Below, piece by piece: positions 61,540 through 64,000 of a stretch of 64,000 nt of DNA (position 1 is the first letter of the stretch; each line of letters begins with the position of its first letter). The DNA comes from Orbicella franksi (taxonomy: Eukaryota): the NCBI GenBank assembly GCA_964199315.1, contig OZ116703.1, forward strand, positions 19,840,001 to 19,904,000. Reading direction: 5' to 3'. Made by a program: the position numbers and the translations under genes. The notes under the pieces are model-generated. The model was not told the DNA's origin, ran no database searches, and saw nothing but the letters and a program-made list of their open reading frames with translations.

Positions 61540-62577
61540 ATGCTCCAGGAAGCTTTCGTAAACAGTGTGAACTCAACTGACATCCGTGGCTCGACAGTTT
61601 TGCTCATTCGTTCGTACGAGGAAGCACGAATCACCTTCGCCGTGATTTTGTCGATTAATCTGCTCGTTATCGTGTTGGGAATAATCGTCAATGCGACCAT
61701 TTGTTATGTGATGCTGCGAAAAAAACGCTTTAAAAGAAACAGTTCAAATTTCTTCATTACGCATTTGTCCGTGGTGGAGCTGGTACATCGCCTACTTGTC
61801 TTCCCTTTAATGGTGTACTTTGCAGTTCCAGCGACGGGAATCAAAACGTTCCAGTGCAAAGCTATATCATTTTTCTCTAAGACCTCCGCCTCGGCCATAT
61901 TTGTCAGCCTGGTTGTCATAGCCATCGATAGGCATCAAAAGTTTGTCCACCCTTTAAAGAGTTTGAAGTCAAAGGAAAATCCTTTCACCCTCGTTTTTCT
62001 CTGTCAGCTGTATGCTACCATCGTGTCGTGCCCTTTTGTTATTAGCATGGATAGCATTTCTGTTCTAAAAATCCCCGAAGCTCGAGGTATGGTCTGCGAA
62101 AATTGTGCTGACAAGAAACTTTGTGGTATTCCACAAAATCTACTGGGGCAGTCTTCGACCACGTTATATTTTGTCCTTGCATTTCTTGTTCCGTTGACCA
62201 TCATTTTTGCGTTGTACGTTAAAGTCGCCATCTTCTTGCATCAGAGAGGCAAGAGTGGAATGATGAGCCAAGTGGTGGCAAAATCGAAATCTAACGCAGT
62301 ACGCATGCTCACTATCACCGTATTTGGATATGCCCTCTCCCTAGGCCCCGCTGTCGTTCTCGCCATGTTGAGATCTTATGGCACTCTAAACAGTAAATCC
62401 TTCGACTGCCTATTACTGGTGAGCTGGATGGTCGACTTTGCCACATACACAAGCTCACTGGCAAATCCACTGATTTATGCGTATAACAACAGGGCTTTTA
62501 GACAGGAAATTAACCGTTTGTTTTGTAAAAGAGAAGGTCAAATATTTTATAATGCTAGATTCACAAAATCGACTTGA
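61540..62577 (+). CDS. Class A GPCR 4, divergent orphan/peptide-receptor-like, single coding exon (345 aa)
   Basis: 7 TM segments, N-glycosylation site NST, IDRH, conserved TM3 Cys, LVP in TM5, NPLIY; only distantly related to GPCR1-3. Confidence 0.9.
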   Translation: MLQEAFVNSVNSTDIRGSTVLLIRSYEEARITFAVILSINLLVIVLGIIVNATICYVMLRKKRFKRNSSNFFITHLSVVELVHRLLVFPLMVYFAVPATGIKTFQCKAISFFSKTSASAIFVSLVVIAIDRHQKFVHPLKSLKSKENPFTLVFLCQLYATIVSCPFVISMDSISVLKIPEARGMVCENCADKKLCGIPQNLLGQSSTTLYFVLAFLVPLTIIFALYVKVAIFLHQRGKSGMMSQVVAKSKSNAVRMLTITVFGYALSLGPAVVLAMLRSYGTLNSKSFDCLLLVSWMVDFATYTSSLANPLIYAYNNRAFRQEINRLFCKREGQIFYNARFTKST

Positions 62578-64000
62578 AATCTTTAACTGATCAAATTTGG
62601 CAAGATCCCTCATTACCTAGATGGCTGATAACGAACTAAAAACCAGAATGATAATTTATTCATCACAGGCTCCATTACGGGAGAGTTAGATGTATGTGAG
62701 TAGACTAAAACTCTCCGGCGAGACCTCCAGCGCTTTCGCCGGCTTTTGCTGAAATTGAATATTTGCGTAAAAGGAGGGGGTAGAGTGTTGTACCTCGTTT
62801 GTGTGCCCTGACGTTGAAGTGTTGAGGTGTAAAGTTTAAAAGAGCTACGACACGGTTTCCGCATCTTCAACAGTTTAGCCCAAAGTTTCAAGTTCGTCGT
62901 TCGTTATCCGGGTTATTCTTCTCCATCCTTAACCATCCTTGTTCCTTTATGGTTTATTATTATCTCCGTTGGTGTTTTTCTATGTTAGTAAGTTAGAATT
63001 TTCAGGTTTCCTTCAACCTAATACAATTTGGACACCTTAGGACCAAACCCTGATGTAACCAAGAATTCGATTCTTTGTGGCCGTAAACTGTTAATTTACA
63101 AGGAGAAATAAGTCTCTTATTTTGAATTAGCTTTTATTGAACATGTAGCGAGAATTTTGGGCAATAAACCTAGAAAATAGAATTCTATATGTGCAATATT
63201 TTCACATGTAAAAAAAGCGATACAACCAATCACCGTCTATAGTAGAATTCCAAAGTTTTGCACCTCGTGAATAAAATTCCGTACGTTGCACTTTCTATGA
63301 AATAATCTATACATATGGAACATCGTATACACTGGAACAAAATTCCTCGAGCCGGGCGAGTTTCTCCTGTATCGGATCTGTGTTGATACTCTTGAGAATT
63401 TTTGCTCTCAGATTTTCAAATAGTCGCGTGTATATAAATGAATGACATTTAAATGGATAAAACAGTTCTCTAGAGAATATCACGCCGTCTGTACTGGGAA
63501 ACCAAAGCACCCAAGCTAAAAAAGCCTGTTTTTATTTTGTAAAATAATCTGTAACAAAGTAATAAAATCATGATGATATATCGATCGAACCTTAGTTAAA
63601 TGATTACTGGTTATTAACTCGTAACTGTAATGTATGAGAGAAATGTCCCCTCAGTTAGCGGAATAAAAAACTTATGGACAATTAAAAATAGTAGTGGTAT
63701 GGGCTAGTCCAGTACGAATTTGACAGGTAGTGTCATGCAAATGAAAAAGTATTGTTATGGAAAGGAGTTCTATTGTTTTCTCGAGTTTGACGTATCCATG
63801 GTAACCAGAAGCCCCGCCCCCTTTGACGTCATTAATCTCGTTTCCGTGTTGACCGAGTAAAAAGCCTGGTTTCTAACATAAACAAAGTAATCACGCAATT
63901 TTAAAGTTAACCATTAACTTTAATATCAAATGTTTCCCTAAAATTACAGGACAGAGCCGTGTGCAACTCCCTAGTGGATTGCGCTCAACTTATGAATGAA

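Noticed and set aside
62613-62891. 92-aa minus-strand ORF downstream of GPCR4
   Set aside because: No ATG start, no domain and no splice support; other frames contain stops.

Overview
AT-rich eukaryotic genomic DNA, most likely a stony coral (Scleractinia). The taxon call is inferred from gene content and from dense short MITE/SINE/LINE families I recall from coral genomes. The window holds: (1) the first two exons of an unidentified minus-strand gene, head-to-head with (2) a 15-exon RADIL-like gene (1297-13797, +) that carries an extra afadin-type N-terminal RA domain (RA-RA-FHA-DIL-PDZ); (3) a convergent TCF20/RAI1-like gene (18369-32376, -) with a 4-kb exon, an AT-hook and a complete ePHD finger; (4) three tandem paralogous rhodopsin-class peptide-receptor-like GPCRs on the minus strand (two intact, one frameshifted by a 4-bp deletion) and a divergent plus-strand GPCR. 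The most striking non-coding observation is a block of about 2.6 kb upstream of GPCR1 that recurs inverted at about 55960-58560. Its conserved splice donor and TCF/E-box-like motifs then point toward the distantly related plus-strand GPCR, which suggests promoter or first-exon capture. No prokaryotic-type systems (CRISPR, operons) or rRNA/tRNA genes were found. Exon models were built by hand from GT-AG sites, phase continuity and remembered homolog sequences; no searches were run.
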